Virus record (IMG/VR): IMGVR_UViG_3300036802_000112
Coordinates: 64,001-128,000 of that record
Length of the DNA stretch: 64,000 nucleotides
From: a virus
Lineage: Duplodnaviria > Caudoviricetes
Strand: one strand, 5' to 3'
Positions 18,455 to 28,875 of this stretch are shown piece after piece. The first letter of the stretch is position 1; every line of letters begins with the position of its first letter. The notes under the pieces were generated by a model, which saw only the letters and a list, made by a program, of their open reading frames with translations, was not told where the DNA came from and did not search any database. The translations under genes were made by a program, and so were the position numbers.

Positions 18455-20343
18455 ACTCCTCCTTGTCTTCTAGGTGGAAGTTTCTCCGGGTAAGGAGACA
18501 TATCCACTCCGTCACCATTCTCCGCTTTTTCTTGCTCCGAAATTTGTTGTATATACATCATCACTCGTCTAGACATATCAGGGCCTAATTTACGAACGAT
18601 TGCACCTTGTTCTTCTGGAGTAGCATTTGCAAGTTGTTGTGCAATCTTAAACGCTTCTACATCACTAACTCCTTGTTGTCCTCCATGACCTTGCTCTTGT
18701 TCTTGCCCCTGTCCTTCTTGTTGTTGTGGTTCTCCACCTTCTGGTGGTTGTTCACCTTGTTGCATCGGCGCACCTTCTGGAGCACCTTGCATCGCTGGAT
18801 CTCCACCCATTTGTTCAGGCGGTGGGCCGAACTTTTCTTGTAATTCCTGTTGTTTAGCTTGTAATTCGTATTGATTCTCCAGTTGCTCTATCTGTTCGTT
18901 TAGAAGCATCTTCTTAACATTCTTAGCTTCTAGGCCGAATACTTTTTCGTATAGAACTTCATCAGGTAATTTACCTTGCGCATTTAACTGAATCATTAAT
19001 TGCTTTTGTTGGATATCATCTTGCATCTTTAATTCTGTGAATTCGATGTAAGGTAACTTCTTATCATCACCTAGAGCTTCCCAATCACCACGTAACTTCG
19101 CTAGTCCTTTAATTAAGAACTCATTGATGTAATCTAACAGTAAGTTTCGATACGTCATAAAGTTATTCTCTAAGATACGAAGTGACGTTGTAGATCCACT
19201 ATATGATACACCGCCGAATACGAATTCTCTCGGAACACCCATCGCTGCTAAGATTGTATTTTGTAACTGTTCAATCTCGGGCACTAAGAGTAATGTACGA
19301 CCTTGACCACCATGTTGAATCTGTTGAATCGGAATTGGTGAGATTACTTGGTAGTTCGGGTCATTTAATTGTTTCTGTAATTCGAATGCAAAGTCGTCTG
19401 CGATTTGAGAGAAATTAAACTCTGGTGCAAAGTTCTTTGTTTCGTTAAAGAAGTAAATACGTCTAGGAACGATGTGTTCGTACGCTATTGCCTCTTGCGC
19501 TTGTCGTAATACATTTGTGTATAAAATCAATTTCAAAGCGTGTAGCGTAGGTGGAGTAGCCCATAAACCAGAGTCTCCTGATTCAGAAGGCATTGCTAAG
19601 TGGTAAATGTACTTAGAATTTAATTTTACCAATCCTTTTTTCTCCACTGCTTTCTTGAATACGTTCGGGATTTTGTCGTATTTCTCTTTCGGACTCTTCT
19701 TTTGAATGATTGCTTTTAGTTCAGGTGGAACATCATAATAATAAATCTTTTCTTTCGTTTTAGGATCTTTATCGATACGAACACGAGTTACATCTAAACG
19801 TTCAACGTTTTTCCAAACTAACTCTTGTCGTTGCTTAATCTCACCTGAATCGTCGTCTCGGTAATCGACTGTCTTAACACCTGGTTCAGCAAAGATAATA
19901 CAGTTACCATATAGATAGTAGTCATAGCCGATTTCGATTAAATGCTTGTGCAGTTTTAAATCATCTAATTGCTGATCGTAGAACTCAAACAAATCACTTC
20001 GTTCGTCCATCTCCAGTTCTTCTGAATCTTCCGCTTCTTCTGAGTCATTCAATACCCAATCAGTAATAGGGAACGTCGCTAGTGCCCTTACAGCAGGACC
20101 TACTAGAGAATCAAATTTAAAGAAGTAACGACACCATCTGAAGATATCACGATAATCATCAGGGATTTGAAAATCACTTAATGTTAAGAATGAGGAACGA
20201 TATGCGCGGTAAGAAGTGTTACTCATCTCAGAACTTGGATGAGCAACCTTTACCATACCGTCCTCTCTACCCATTAGGTTATCGGCTAATTTATTCATTT
20301 CTTTCCGCAGTCGAGCTGCTACATCTTTATCGCTTTGCGTCAT
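18451..20343 (-). CDS. Portal protein
   Basis: 630 aa; CRYFFKFDSLVGPAVRALATFP, YYLYGNC, ILAAMGVPREFVFGG portal-like segments; Q/P/G-rich tail; same operon as terminase. Confidence 0.75.
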   Translation of the reverse strand: MTQSDKDVAARLRKEMNKLADNLMGREDGMVKVAHPSSEMSNTSYRAYRSSFLTLSDFQIPDDYRDIFRWCRYFFKFDSLVGPAVRALATFPITDWVLNDSEEAEDSEELEMDERSDLFEFYDQQLDDLKLHKHLIEIGYDYYLYGNCIIFAEPGVKTVDYRDDDSGEIKQRQELVWKNVERLDVTRVRIDKDPKTKEKIYYYDVPPELKAIIQKKSPKEKYDKIPNVFKKAVEKKGLVKLNSKYIYHLAMPSESGDSGLWATPPTLHALKLILYTNVLRQAQEAIAYEHIVPRRIYFFNETKNFAPEFNFSQIADDFAFELQKQLNDPNYQVISPIPIQQIQHGGQGRTLLLVPEIEQLQNTILAAMGVPREFVFGGVSYSGSTTSLRILENNFMTYRNLLLDYINEFLIKGLAKLRGDWEALGDDKKLPYIEFTELKMQDDIQQKQLMIQLNAQGKLPDEVLYEKVFGLEAKNVKKMLLNEQIEQLENQYELQAKQQELQEKFGPPPEQMGGDPAMQGAPEGAPMQQGEQPPEGGEPQQQEGQGQEQEQGHGGQQGVSDVEAFKIAQQLANATPEEQGAIVRKLGPDMSRRVMMYIQQISEQEKAENGDGVDMSPYPEKLPPRRQGGV

Positions 20344-20345
20344 TC

Positions 20346-22172
20346 TTATTCACCAGCCTCATCTTTTGCTTCAAGAGCAATCATAGATGCTTCGAAATCA
20401 TCACGTTTTAACTCCAGGAACATACCAGTCATGAAATGACGTCTTACTGTTTCTGATGCTACGTTTAACACGATGTCTCGTTTTCCGTCAGGAGCGCTAT
20501 CTACAATGTGCTCATTGATTAATATCGATCTAATATTTGAAGAGATATCCTTGCCGTTGTAAATTTGTTCAGCGAACCCAGTTAATACTTTCTCCGAACA
20601 AGATACAATGCTTTCTGTGAATCTATGGTGTAATGAGATTTCACCTTCATCGTAAATGTTCTTAGCATCTAAGTCTTTCCACTTACGCATTAGGTACCCA
20701 TTTACTGTTTTGAAGAATTCTCTTTCTCCTTCGTTAGCTTCATTATACAGTTGATCAGATACAAAGCGAACATCATCTTGATATAACTCTTCTGCAATGT
20801 ATTCGGCAATTGTAATCGGGAATGTTAAATACACATCTTCACTTTCGTACGCTTGTGCAATTTCTAATGCAAACATAATCTCATCGAAGGTAATGTTACC
20901 TTGGAATTCATCAAAGAATATATCTTTATTATTCACAACACGAACGAATTTTTCAAATGTAAACGATGAATCAAATAATCCAGTGTTCGAACTACCCATC
21001 GTATGCATCATAGCGATTTTATTTAGGACCATTCCGGATAAACCTTCTTTTAATTTAAAATCAACTTCTATCTGTTTAACGATAGCTTCTAGTTCGTAAT
21101 CAATCCAATTCTTACCGTATTTGTTAGAAAGAACACGATCATACACTAAAGGATGTACGTTTCCATCTTTAAAAATATCGATACCTGCTTTGTCAGGAAG
21201 TTCTTCCGTTAACTCTTCCACGACTTCTTCTAGTGTTGCAGCAGTCTTTTCGGATTGGTCTTTGTTGTATAGCGCTTGTGTTAAGTCCGAAGTGTCTTTC
21301 GCTTTTTCATTAAATACGTTGAAGAAGAACTCTTTATTTTTTTCTTGGAAAGCGTTGTATGCAGTCTCATCCATTTCCATGACAGACATCTGCTCAAGTA
21401 ACTGTCCTTGATATAAGAAAATAACTCTATCAGGAAGGAATCCGATTTTAACGTTTGCCTTCAGGTCACCTAAATCTAACGCTTCATGTGGATCACGTTT
21501 AAAGTAATCAAAAATTCCAGCTACCTTTTCAATTTCTTCCATTACGGAAGCGTGTTTGTGTAAAGGACGAATAGATTCGAAATCGATAGGTAACGGAATA
21601 CCTGAGATACCACTTAATCGTTCAGTTGTGTCAGAAGCAATTTTTTCGAACACTTCTTTCTCTATTCCTAACAATTCAGATTGATGTGTTACATAACTTG
21701 CTTCCTTCATCTGTTGCGCTCCATTTGCTTTCAGTAAGCGTTGAGCGAATACTTGTTCAGCCATCTGTAATTCCATGTTAATTTTGTTCATAAGTAGTTT
21801 TTTGAAGTATTCTCCGTCCTTTTGAACAAATGCTTCTCTCATTGAAGGAGACATCTCATTCACTTTGATGATTTCAAAAACCTGACCATTCACACTGAAA
21901 ATAACATTGATAGGCGTGAAGACGATTTTTAGATTAGACATTAAGTTTTGCACTTGTTGGTAAGAACCGTCTTCTATGCTAGGTTTCTGTTGTTCTTGTA
22001 AATCATTCATCTTATTTTGATAATGACGAGTTGCTGCATAACTACCTGCAATAGCACCCGTTACACTCGCGGGATCAATGTTCACTTGGAACGCAACCTT
22101 ATCCGTTAATTCTGCAAATACACGACTTCCTTCTTTGGAAATAAATTTATCAATTGTTATCAAACCGTTCAC
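20346..22172 (-). CDS. Putative virion/head protein with internal duplication
   Basis: KIVFTPINVIFSVNGQ and KIGFLPDRVIFLYQGQ repeats; several K-x-A motifs. Confidence 0.55.
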   Translation of the reverse strand: MNGLITIDKFISKEGSRVFAELTDKVAFQVNIDPASVTGAIAGSYAATRHYQNKMNDLQEQQKPSIEDGSYQQVQNLMSNLKIVFTPINVIFSVNGQVFEIIKVNEMSPSMREAFVQKDGEYFKKLLMNKINMELQMAEQVFAQRLLKANGAQQMKEASYVTHQSELLGIEKEVFEKIASDTTERLSGISGIPLPIDFESIRPLHKHASVMEEIEKVAGIFDYFKRDPHEALDLGDLKANVKIGFLPDRVIFLYQGQLLEQMSVMEMDETAYNAFQEKNKEFFFNVFNEKAKDTSDLTQALYNKDQSEKTAATLEEVVEELTEELPDKAGIDIFKDGNVHPLVYDRVLSNKYGKNWIDYELEAIVKQIEVDFKLKEGLSGMVLNKIAMMHTMGSSNTGLFDSSFTFEKFVRVVNNKDIFFDEFQGNITFDEIMFALEIAQAYESEDVYLTFPITIAEYIAEELYQDDVRFVSDQLYNEANEGEREFFKTVNGYLMRKWKDLDAKNIYDEGEISLHHRFTESIVSCSEKVLTGFAEQIYNGKDISSNIRSILINEHIVDSAPDGKRDIVLNVASETVRRHFMTGMFLELKRDDFEASMIALEAKDEAGE

Positions 22173-22219
22173 CTGCTTTATTTATATTTTGTTCTGTTTC
22201 CATTTTAGCAGAAGAAATA

Positions 22220-22249
22220 ACAAAAAGGCACTCTATCGCGCCTTTTTGT
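22220..22249 (-). terminator. Intrinsic terminator
   Basis: CAAAAAGGC / GCCTTTTTG stem. Confidence 0.55.
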
Positions 22250-22581
22250 TATTCGACCATAGCGGACTCATAATCACCGAAACATTGATTGCCTATCATA
22301 TAGTCATATTTAGTTGAAGCTGTCTTCTTCATTTCTTCATTAATCTTCACTGGATACTTAGGCATATACGTGTATTGCGTCTCTTTCACAGAATTCATTT
22401 TATTCATATCGAACCTACGAATTCCTTTTCGTTTTCTACAATACGCAAATAAGTGATCACCACGGATTTCATAAGGCTCTACGTTTCGTATACTGTCATC
22501 ATCTTTACGGTCAGTATATTGAATACGAAGAACCTTATTGTTTTTTGCCGCCTTTTGTATGGTTTTCAACTTGTCCTCCAT
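22249..22581 (-). CDS. Stand-alone WYL-domain protein 1
   Basis: LRIQYTD...RNVEPYEI...LFAYCRKRKGIRRFDMNKM matches the WYL fold pattern. Confidence 0.8.
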   Translation of the reverse strand: MEDKLKTIQKAAKNNKVLRIQYTDRKDDDSIRNVEPYEIRGDHLFAYCRKRKGIRRFDMNKMNSVKETQYTYMPKYPVKINEEMKKTASTKYDYMIGNQCFGDYESAMVE

Positions 22582-22828
22582 GAATAATCACTCCTTCGAT
22601 TTGAACAGGATAACGAGGGGCATAATCCATATCTGTTTGTTTCACTGCTGTGATATTCGATAAACTAAAACCACGAATTGCATTACGTGTGCGGCAATAA
22701 GCGAATAACTTACCATCTTTAATTTCGTAAGGTTCTACTGTTCGTACAGAAATTTTACCCTTCGCATCAACGTAAGTCATTGTGATTAACTTTTTAGACA
22801 TCATTGCTTGTTCGATTTGTTCATGCAT
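22535..22828 (-). CDS. Stand-alone WYL-domain protein 2 (tandem paralog)
   Basis: ITMTYVD...RTVEPYEI...LFAYCRTRNAIRGFSLSNI. Confidence 0.8.
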   Translation of the reverse strand: MHEQIEQAMMSKKLITMTYVDAKGKISVRTVEPYEIKDGKLFAYCRTRNAIRGFSLSNITAVKQTDMDYAPRYPVQIEGVIIHGGQVENHTKGGKKQ

Positions 22829-24212
22829 CCTTCTTATCATCCTTTCCCATTGAGCCAATTAACGTGCCTGTTGTACCTAAACCTGCTAGACTACCAATAC
22901 CCTTCATTCTAGCAGTAGCTACCTCGTCTTTGATTTGCTCTAATTTCGCTTGGTCATTACGTTTTAATAGATTTGCTTCGCTATCTAGTAATTCTCGTTT
23001 AAAGAAGTCTTGACCACCATGATACGGCATATCGTTTTGACTTTTATGGATTAAGTTCCCATACTTTTTATCTGCCATTTCATTAATGTTTTTACCTTTT
23101 AAACTGTTAGCAGCTTCATCACGATAGTTTACAGTTTGACCACTGATACGTCTTTCTAAATTCGTAACCTCGCCACCTCGTCCGCCGAGGTTCTTTAGGA
23201 ATGAACCCGCACCAGCAGTCTTTTGTAGGTCTTTGTATTTCGGAAGCATGCTTAGACTTGTATTTCTTGTAGCGTGTGAAGCATTATCATCTTGTGCTTC
23301 ATGGCCTAATTCGATAATAATACGAGAATTATTTTTAGCAGGCTCAACTTTCTCTTCTTTCTTCTTTTGTTGGTCATTCAGTAACTTAGCAGTCCCTAAA
23401 GATACACCTGTATACCCTAGACCTGTAGCAACAGCTTTCGGTGCATTACCTGCAACTCCTGCTAAACCATCGTATACTTCTCGAACACCAGCGGTCTTTT
23501 TCATATTGCCATTCCCTTTCCCTAGAAAACTTCCTGCAATTTCGTAGCTTGTCTCTTTACTTTTGTTACGCTCGTTTGGATTCAATGCACGTTCTAAAGA
23601 ATGGAAGGCCGTTACGCCAGCACCTAGTCCTAGCCCTGTTATAGCTGAAGCAGAAAAATTAGCTTTAGCCGCTTCGAAACGACCAGTTTTTTTCTCTTTA
23701 TTCTTATTGGACGTACTTTCAGAACGCTTTGTTCTAACTCGTTCCATTTCGATATCGAGTTGATCTTGCGTAGGAACTTCAATGCCTCTACTTCTTAAAT
23801 TACGAACCGCTTCATCCTCGACACGCTTCTTAATAACAGGGTTATCGAGTGTAGATTGGTATTTCTTACTGATCGTACCGAATTCACTCTTCGCAAAATC
23901 ATCTAAAGTTCTTTCCATTGTATCAGCTTCGTTACGAAGATTTTTAACAGTCTTCATCCCTACGTTCTTCATGAACTTCTGACCTGGAGTTCCTTTTTTT
24001 CCGATGTATCGATTTAATCCTCCGCCGATTGCTTTGATTGCATCCTTACCACCGTTGACAAAAGCGGTTGGGTTACCTTTGATAATTGTATCAGCAGCCC
24101 CAGCTATGATTGCTCCACCTATCGCCATTTCAACAGATGTTCTTTTCCACGAGTCACTAAAAGACATTTCATCTTCTTTCGAACGTTTTTTATCTTCATT
24201 CATATCGAACAC
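22821..24212 (-). CDS. Putative internal virion/ejection protein with Gly-rich hydrophobic segments
   Basis: Several GxxxG/AxxxG segments; KKTAG and QKTAG motifs. Confidence 0.5.
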   Translation of the reverse strand: MFDMNEDKKRSKEDEMSFSDSWKRTSVEMAIGGAIIAGAADTIIKGNPTAFVNGGKDAIKAIGGGLNRYIGKKGTPGQKFMKNVGMKTVKNLRNEADTMERTLDDFAKSEFGTISKKYQSTLDNPVIKKRVEDEAVRNLRSRGIEVPTQDQLDIEMERVRTKRSESTSNKNKEKKTGRFEAAKANFSASAITGLGLGAGVTAFHSLERALNPNERNKSKETSYEIAGSFLGKGNGNMKKTAGVREVYDGLAGVAGNAPKAVATGLGYTGVSLGTAKLLNDQQKKKEEKVEPAKNNSRIIIELGHEAQDDNASHATRNTSLSMLPKYKDLQKTAGAGSFLKNLGGRGGEVTNLERRISGQTVNYRDEAANSLKGKNINEMADKKYGNLIHKSQNDMPYHGGQDFFKRELLDSEANLLKRNDQAKLEQIKDEVATARMKGIGSLAGLGTTGTLIGSMGKDDKKDA

Positions 24213-24213
24213 C

Positions 24214-24414
24214 TCACCTTTCGTTGTAAGGAGAATTTAATTTCAATTCCCCTGTTTTAATCGGTTTAACCTTTCCTTTATTAGTATAATTCATTTTCTT
24301 CACAAAAGCGTTAGGTTGTGTAGATTGTTGCTTAGCTGGATAAACTTTTTGTTGATTTCCAGTTTGGATATCTAATTGAGCTTGTTTGTACATCGTTTCA
24401 ATTAAATTAAACAT
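24214..24414 (-). CDS. Small putative virion protein
   Basis: AGGAGTG RBS; MYKQA motif. Confidence 0.5.
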   Translation of the reverse strand: MFNLIETMYKQAQLDIQTGNQQKVYPAKQQSTQPNAFVKKMNYTNKGKVKPIKTGELKLNSPYNER

Positions 24415-24430
24415 TCTTCTTCACTCCTAT

Positions 24431-24471
24431 AGAAAAAAGAGTAGACATCACAACGATGCCTACTCTTTTTG
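24431..24471 (-). terminator. Intrinsic terminator
   Basis: AAAAAGAGTAG / CTACTCTTTTT stem. Confidence 0.6.
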
Positions 24472-24485
24472 TTTTGCAATGCTTA

Positions 24486-26261
24486 TTATTTAGTATATTG
24501 GTCGATAACCGCTTGAGCTTCATTGAAAGTTTTAACAGCAGCTTGTTTCATCATTACAGCTTCTTCTACGATTTCAGAAGCAGTTTTGTCAACGTTGTAT
24601 TTACCAGGGTTATTGATTACTGCATAACCTTCCGTACCACCAACTAATTGACCGCCTACTTTACCAGACTTGTCAGTGTCACCTACATATTCGCGACCTT
24701 CAGCTTCAGTAGATTTTTTGTCTTCTTTGATTGTAGCTTGGATGTTAGAAGCTGCATCAGTTAATGCACCCGCAACACCTTTCGCCGCAACGCTACCTGC
24801 ATCTGCAACTTTTTCTAATTCAGAAGCAGACATTTCATTGAAAGCTAAAACATGAGCAACTTTATCTAGTAATAGTCCAGTATGTTGACCAGAAACAATT
24901 GCAGTTAACTCATCTTCTGAGTAGATTTCTTGAGCAACTTTAACTAAGTTTGCGTCCATTTCAGAACGTCCCATGTTTGCAATTGCATCGAAACGATCTG
25001 AAGCTTCTTTACGAAGTTCGATAGCCGCCTCTTCGTTATTTGCGATTGAAATTAATCCTGCTGCACCTGCAACCTTTAAAAAGTCTTTTACTAATGATTT
25101 TGTATTAGCCATTCTTTCCGTACCTCCAGTAATTTTATTTTGATTTCCTGCCTCTAGTGTATCACTAGGCATTTCTTCATTCAACTGTTCTTGACGATTT
25201 TGAAGCGTATCATAGATTTTTTTACCACCTGCATAAGCACCAGCGCCCGCTAAAGCTAGACCGCCGATAACTCCTGCTTGGCCCAAACGTTTTTTATCTT
25301 GAAGTTCATTAACCAATTCAGAAGCCGCGGTTTGTTTTGCTATAAGATCTTTAACTTCCCCTGGATTACCAACTGTATTCCTTACAAGTTGATCCGCTTC
25401 TTGAGTAACAGTATTGAACGTTGATTGTGCTTTTTCTAATTCTGTTTTAATTGCACCTAAATTTTTCATAGAGTCAACAAAGTTAGAAACTGACTTCACA
25501 ACTTTACCAGAGAAACTTTCGCCAGTGTCATCAGCTGTTTTCTCAATTTCATAAGAATCAACAAATGAAGAAAGTTTTTCTACAACGAATTGAATACCCG
25601 CTGGAGAATTTAAATCAGCTAGGTTAGCCTCTTGTGTGAATAACTCATTAGAAGTTTTTTCAATAACCTCTACATAATTTTCGAAGTCCGTCATAGCCAT
25701 AACTAAACGTTCAGTAGCTTCTTGTTGTACGCTTGGTGGAACTTCATTAGATGAAGCTAGTTCTGTTAATTTAGCAAGTGCACCATACTCAGGTAATTGC
25801 TGTGCAATCTCTGGTGGAACGTCACTCGGAATTGCTGGAGCAACAGGTTCAGCCGCTACAGGAACAGCTTCCGTTGGAGCAACAGGTTGTTCAGCTACCA
25901 CTTGTGTAGAATCTACCGGAACTCCTATTACTGGTTCAGCAGGAACAGCTGGAGTAGATTCTTGAGCAACAATGTTTTCTGCTGCTGATTGAATTGCCGC
26001 TTGTTCTTGTGCTTCCGCTGATACTTGAGCAGCCGCTTGATTTGCTTCTTCTTGTACAGCTTGTGCAACCGCTGCTTCTTCTTCAGGTTGAACGCCTGCT
26101 TGTTCAGCTTCTTGTGCAGCTACTTCTTCAGCTTTCGCTGCGTCTACTTCTTCAGAAGTAATGACAGGAGATGGATCAGGATTCATTTCTTCCTGCGTTT
26201 CATCAAGCCCTTCATTCGCAATTTTATTTAATTGCTCATAAAATGCATTTCCTTTCAACAT
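24486..26261 (-). CDS. Acidic Ala/Glu/Pro-rich head protein (scaffold or internal protein candidate)
   Basis: Low-complexity A/E/Q/P N-terminus; about 10 K-x-A motifs; Gly-zipper segment. Confidence 0.5.
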   Translation of the reverse strand: MLKGNAFYEQLNKIANEGLDETQEEMNPDPSPVITSEEVDAAKAEEVAAQEAEQAGVQPEEEAAVAQAVQEEANQAAAQVSAEAQEQAAIQSAAENIVAQESTPAVPAEPVIGVPVDSTQVVAEQPVAPTEAVPVAAEPVAPAIPSDVPPEIAQQLPEYGALAKLTELASSNEVPPSVQQEATERLVMAMTDFENYVEVIEKTSNELFTQEANLADLNSPAGIQFVVEKLSSFVDSYEIEKTADDTGESFSGKVVKSVSNFVDSMKNLGAIKTELEKAQSTFNTVTQEADQLVRNTVGNPGEVKDLIAKQTAASELVNELQDKKRLGQAGVIGGLALAGAGAYAGGKKIYDTLQNRQEQLNEEMPSDTLEAGNQNKITGGTERMANTKSLVKDFLKVAGAAGLISIANNEEAAIELRKEASDRFDAIANMGRSEMDANLVKVAQEIYSEDELTAIVSGQHTGLLLDKVAHVLAFNEMSASELEKVADAGSVAAKGVAGALTDAASNIQATIKEDKKSTEAEGREYVGDTDKSGKVGGQLVGGTEGYAVINNPGKYNVDKTASEIVEEAVMMKQAAVKTFNEAQAVIDQYTK

Positions 26262-26278
26262 GCATATCCCTCACTTTC

Positions 26279-27178
26279 CTACGCATTTAATTTCATAGAT
26301 TGTTCTTGTTGTTGTTGAATCTTCTTCGCCAGACTAAGTAGTTGTTCGTAATCTGAAATACCACCAACTGGAGAAACTTTAGGTGTTTCTTTCTTGTTTG
26401 ACTTTTGATTCAACAAGCTTTGTTCACCAAGAACGTTACTAGCAATTTTTTGCATGCAATCCTCTTTCAAGGATACCACAAAACCACTTCGAGCGCGCCC
26501 TGTTTCTGTTAGTTGGGTAGAAATGTCATAACTTCTTTTCTCGATTAATTCCTTCACATCATCATGAAGATCAATATCAGATAAGATTGTGTTATAAATC
26601 GTGTTTGCATTCTTATTCATTTGCTCTGTGCGTACTAAGCAATTTGCGAGTTTGAAGATATCACTCTTCATCGTAATCGCTAAACGTTTTTGTTCTTTTT
26701 CTTTTGCGAAACTCTCTTGTGCAGCACGTTTTTCCATCATACGTTGACGACCTGCTTCTAAATTAGAATACGGATTGTGTATCATTCTTGTGCTCGCCTC
26801 TTTCTTAATTTCCCCTTCGCCTACTTTACCAGTTACGAAGTTTGGGTTATCTACTTTAGGAGGCGCATCAGAACCCATCGTATTTAGAACATCCTCTAAA
26901 CTAGCGATTTCGTAAGTTAAACGACGATCTTTACCACCTTTAACAGTAGCGTACTTTTTGTTGTAAGCAATTGTGTTCGACTCTTCTACTAGTCGTTGGA
27001 TTTGGATTTGTGTGTACTTCTCACGCTTTGCTACATCAGCAATAGCATCAGATAAACTTTCCCCATCCATAAAACGATTTGTTACTTCTTCAACAAGTTT
27101 TAACAAACGTCTACGAAACTCTTGCCCTTTTGTGATTTCATTCGTAATGTCTGTATCCTTTGTTCTTTTTGGAATCAA
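26279..27178 (-). CDS. Putative head morphogenesis protein
   Basis: AGGAGG RBS, TTG start; KKEAS, EKRAA and QKIAS motifs. Confidence 0.55.
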   Translation of the reverse strand: MIPKRTKDTDITNEITKGQEFRRRLLKLVEEVTNRFMDGESLSDAIADVAKREKYTQIQIQRLVEESNTIAYNKKYATVKGGKDRRLTYEIASLEDVLNTMGSDAPPKVDNPNFVTGKVGEGEIKKEASTRMIHNPYSNLEAGRQRMMEKRAAQESFAKEKEQKRLAITMKSDIFKLANCLVRTEQMNKNANTIYNTILSDIDLHDDVKELIEKRSYDISTQLTETGRARSGFVVSLKEDCMQKIASNVLGEQSLLNQKSNKKETPKVSPVGGISDYEQLLSLAKKIQQQQEQSMKLNA

Positions 27179-27201
27179 AGTAAAAACCTCCTTTTTGATT
27201 T

Positions 27202-27213
27202 TATTTTACCACG
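27202..27213 (-). promoter_or_regulatory. Extended -10-like late promoter element CGTGGTAAAATA
   Basis: Identical 12-mer also upstream of the holin (60966-60977). Confidence 0.45.
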
Positions 27214-27214
27214 C

Positions 27215-28873
27215 TTACGCACCATATGTTCCTCTAAATATAGAACCAGGACGATTTGCATTGCTAGCGCTAAAGTTAGTTGTATCAAATATCTTAGATG
27301 CAAACCACATGTAAATACAAGCATGAACAGCATCATCAGGAGAACTTGAAGGATGTCCATAGAATAACTCTTCTGATAAACCATTCTTTGTTGCGCGGTA
27401 TTCAGAGTAAACACCTAAGAAGTTATCGCGAATCCACTTTTCGTTTTCGTTACCGTCACCAGCAAACTCAAGTAAGTGAGCTGAGCAGAATTCGATAAAC
27501 TCAGTCATCCAACGAGAACGAGGAATTTTATATTTAAATAAATCCTTTTCGTAAGCAATCATTTCACGTTGTCTTCCGATGTATTGACACTGAACAATTC
27601 GGTTCCCTAACGCTTTACGAAGACGCATGTTTTCTTTTTGACCTGCACCATAGTCACAGACTACTAAGTTTACGTTGAATGCATTTACCATAGACATAAT
27701 GTAGCTGATTTGGTAATCAGGATCTAACTCGTCACCACGTTCAAAACGTTTAGAAAATAAGACTTGTAACTTACCTTGTTGGTTGTAAGCACCTATCATA
27801 ATTACTGTATACCCAGTTCCTTGTTGACCTGACTTTTCACCTTCACCCCAGTCAACTCCCATGAATACAGGAACGTTGGCGAACTCAGATTGCATACCTG
27901 CTAAACTAGCATACGTCTTCTTTTCTCTATTCGTGATTTGTTCCAGTAACGCTTCCGAAAACGGTTTGTCCGCTTTCTCGTAAGAACGACCTAATACCTC
28001 ATTGTACAGTCGGTTGATCGGATAGGTTTGTATCTTATCATAAATAGAACCGACATCAATATCAGGAATCATCATTTGTGTGATACGGAAACCTTTCATA
28101 GCTGCATTAGGTTTACGGTGTTCCCATCTACCCATAGCACGTACGATATCAGGTAACACTCTTCCGCAACGTGGATTACGACAAACAAACGCTGTTTTCG
28201 TTACACTTTCTACACCTAATATCTGGTGTTTACGACAAGCAGGACAAACGATTACCCAGTCAGCTTGAGAGGAAATATCCCACTGTTGCTGAATCGTGTT
28301 ACTAAATGTTTTAGGAGTACCCGTTAAGAATAAATGTTTATTCTTAGAACGTGTTTGTGTCTCCATAATAACCGGAAGGGCTTCTACAAGAATGTCCTGC
28401 ACCTCATCGATAAAGATATCATCAATGGAAAGACCACGGATGTTATCGGCCTCTTCATAACAGTTACGTAAATATATCTCTGAACCGTTTTTAAATTCCT
28501 TATGGAATACTTGGTTCGATAACTCAGCAGACATATAACGTTTACGAACTAAATCCTTTTGACTGTAACGGAACAACTTATCCAAACGACCACGACTGAA
28601 TGTTTTTACCTGTTCGTTCATAGGAGCTACATACAAGGAGCGTGAGAAGTTACGTAACAATACGTTGTTACCGATTTTGACGGAAACGGTTGTCGATTTC
28701 TCTACCTGCCGCCCTGTCATAAGTAATACTTTTTCTAAAGACGCATTATGAATAGGCTTTAGATAGTTACGTCCTTGAGTGAATCGGAAAGGACGACCTT
28801 CCAATTGATACATCGCTTCAGAGAATACCCAAGGAGTTATGTTTAAATCACTTAAATTTGCCATAAACTTCAC
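27215..28873 (-). CDS. terL: Terminase large subunit
   Basis: GRQVEKST Walker A variant, IFIDEVQD Walker B, TGTP motif III, CPAC Zn ribbon, GVDWG and DDAVHA nuclease motifs. Confidence 0.88.
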   Translation of the reverse strand: MKFMANLSDLNITPWVFSEAMYQLEGRPFRFTQGRNYLKPIHNASLEKVLLMTGRQVEKSTTVSVKIGNNVLLRNFSRSLYVAPMNEQVKTFSRGRLDKLFRYSQKDLVRKRYMSAELSNQVFHKEFKNGSEIYLRNCYEEADNIRGLSIDDIFIDEVQDILVEALPVIMETQTRSKNKHLFLTGTPKTFSNTIQQQWDISSQADWVIVCPACRKHQILGVESVTKTAFVCRNPRCGRVLPDIVRAMGRWEHRKPNAAMKGFRITQMMIPDIDVGSIYDKIQTYPINRLYNEVLGRSYEKADKPFSEALLEQITNREKKTYASLAGMQSEFANVPVFMGVDWGEGEKSGQQGTGYTVIMIGAYNQQGKLQVLFSKRFERGDELDPDYQISYIMSMVNAFNVNLVVCDYGAGQKENMRLRKALGNRIVQCQYIGRQREMIAYEKDLFKYKIPRSRWMTEFIEFCSAHLLEFAGDGNENEKWIRDNFLGVYSEYRATKNGLSEELFYGHPSSSPDDAVHACIYMWFASKIFDTTNFSASNANRPGSIFRGTYGA

Positions 28874-28875
28874 TC

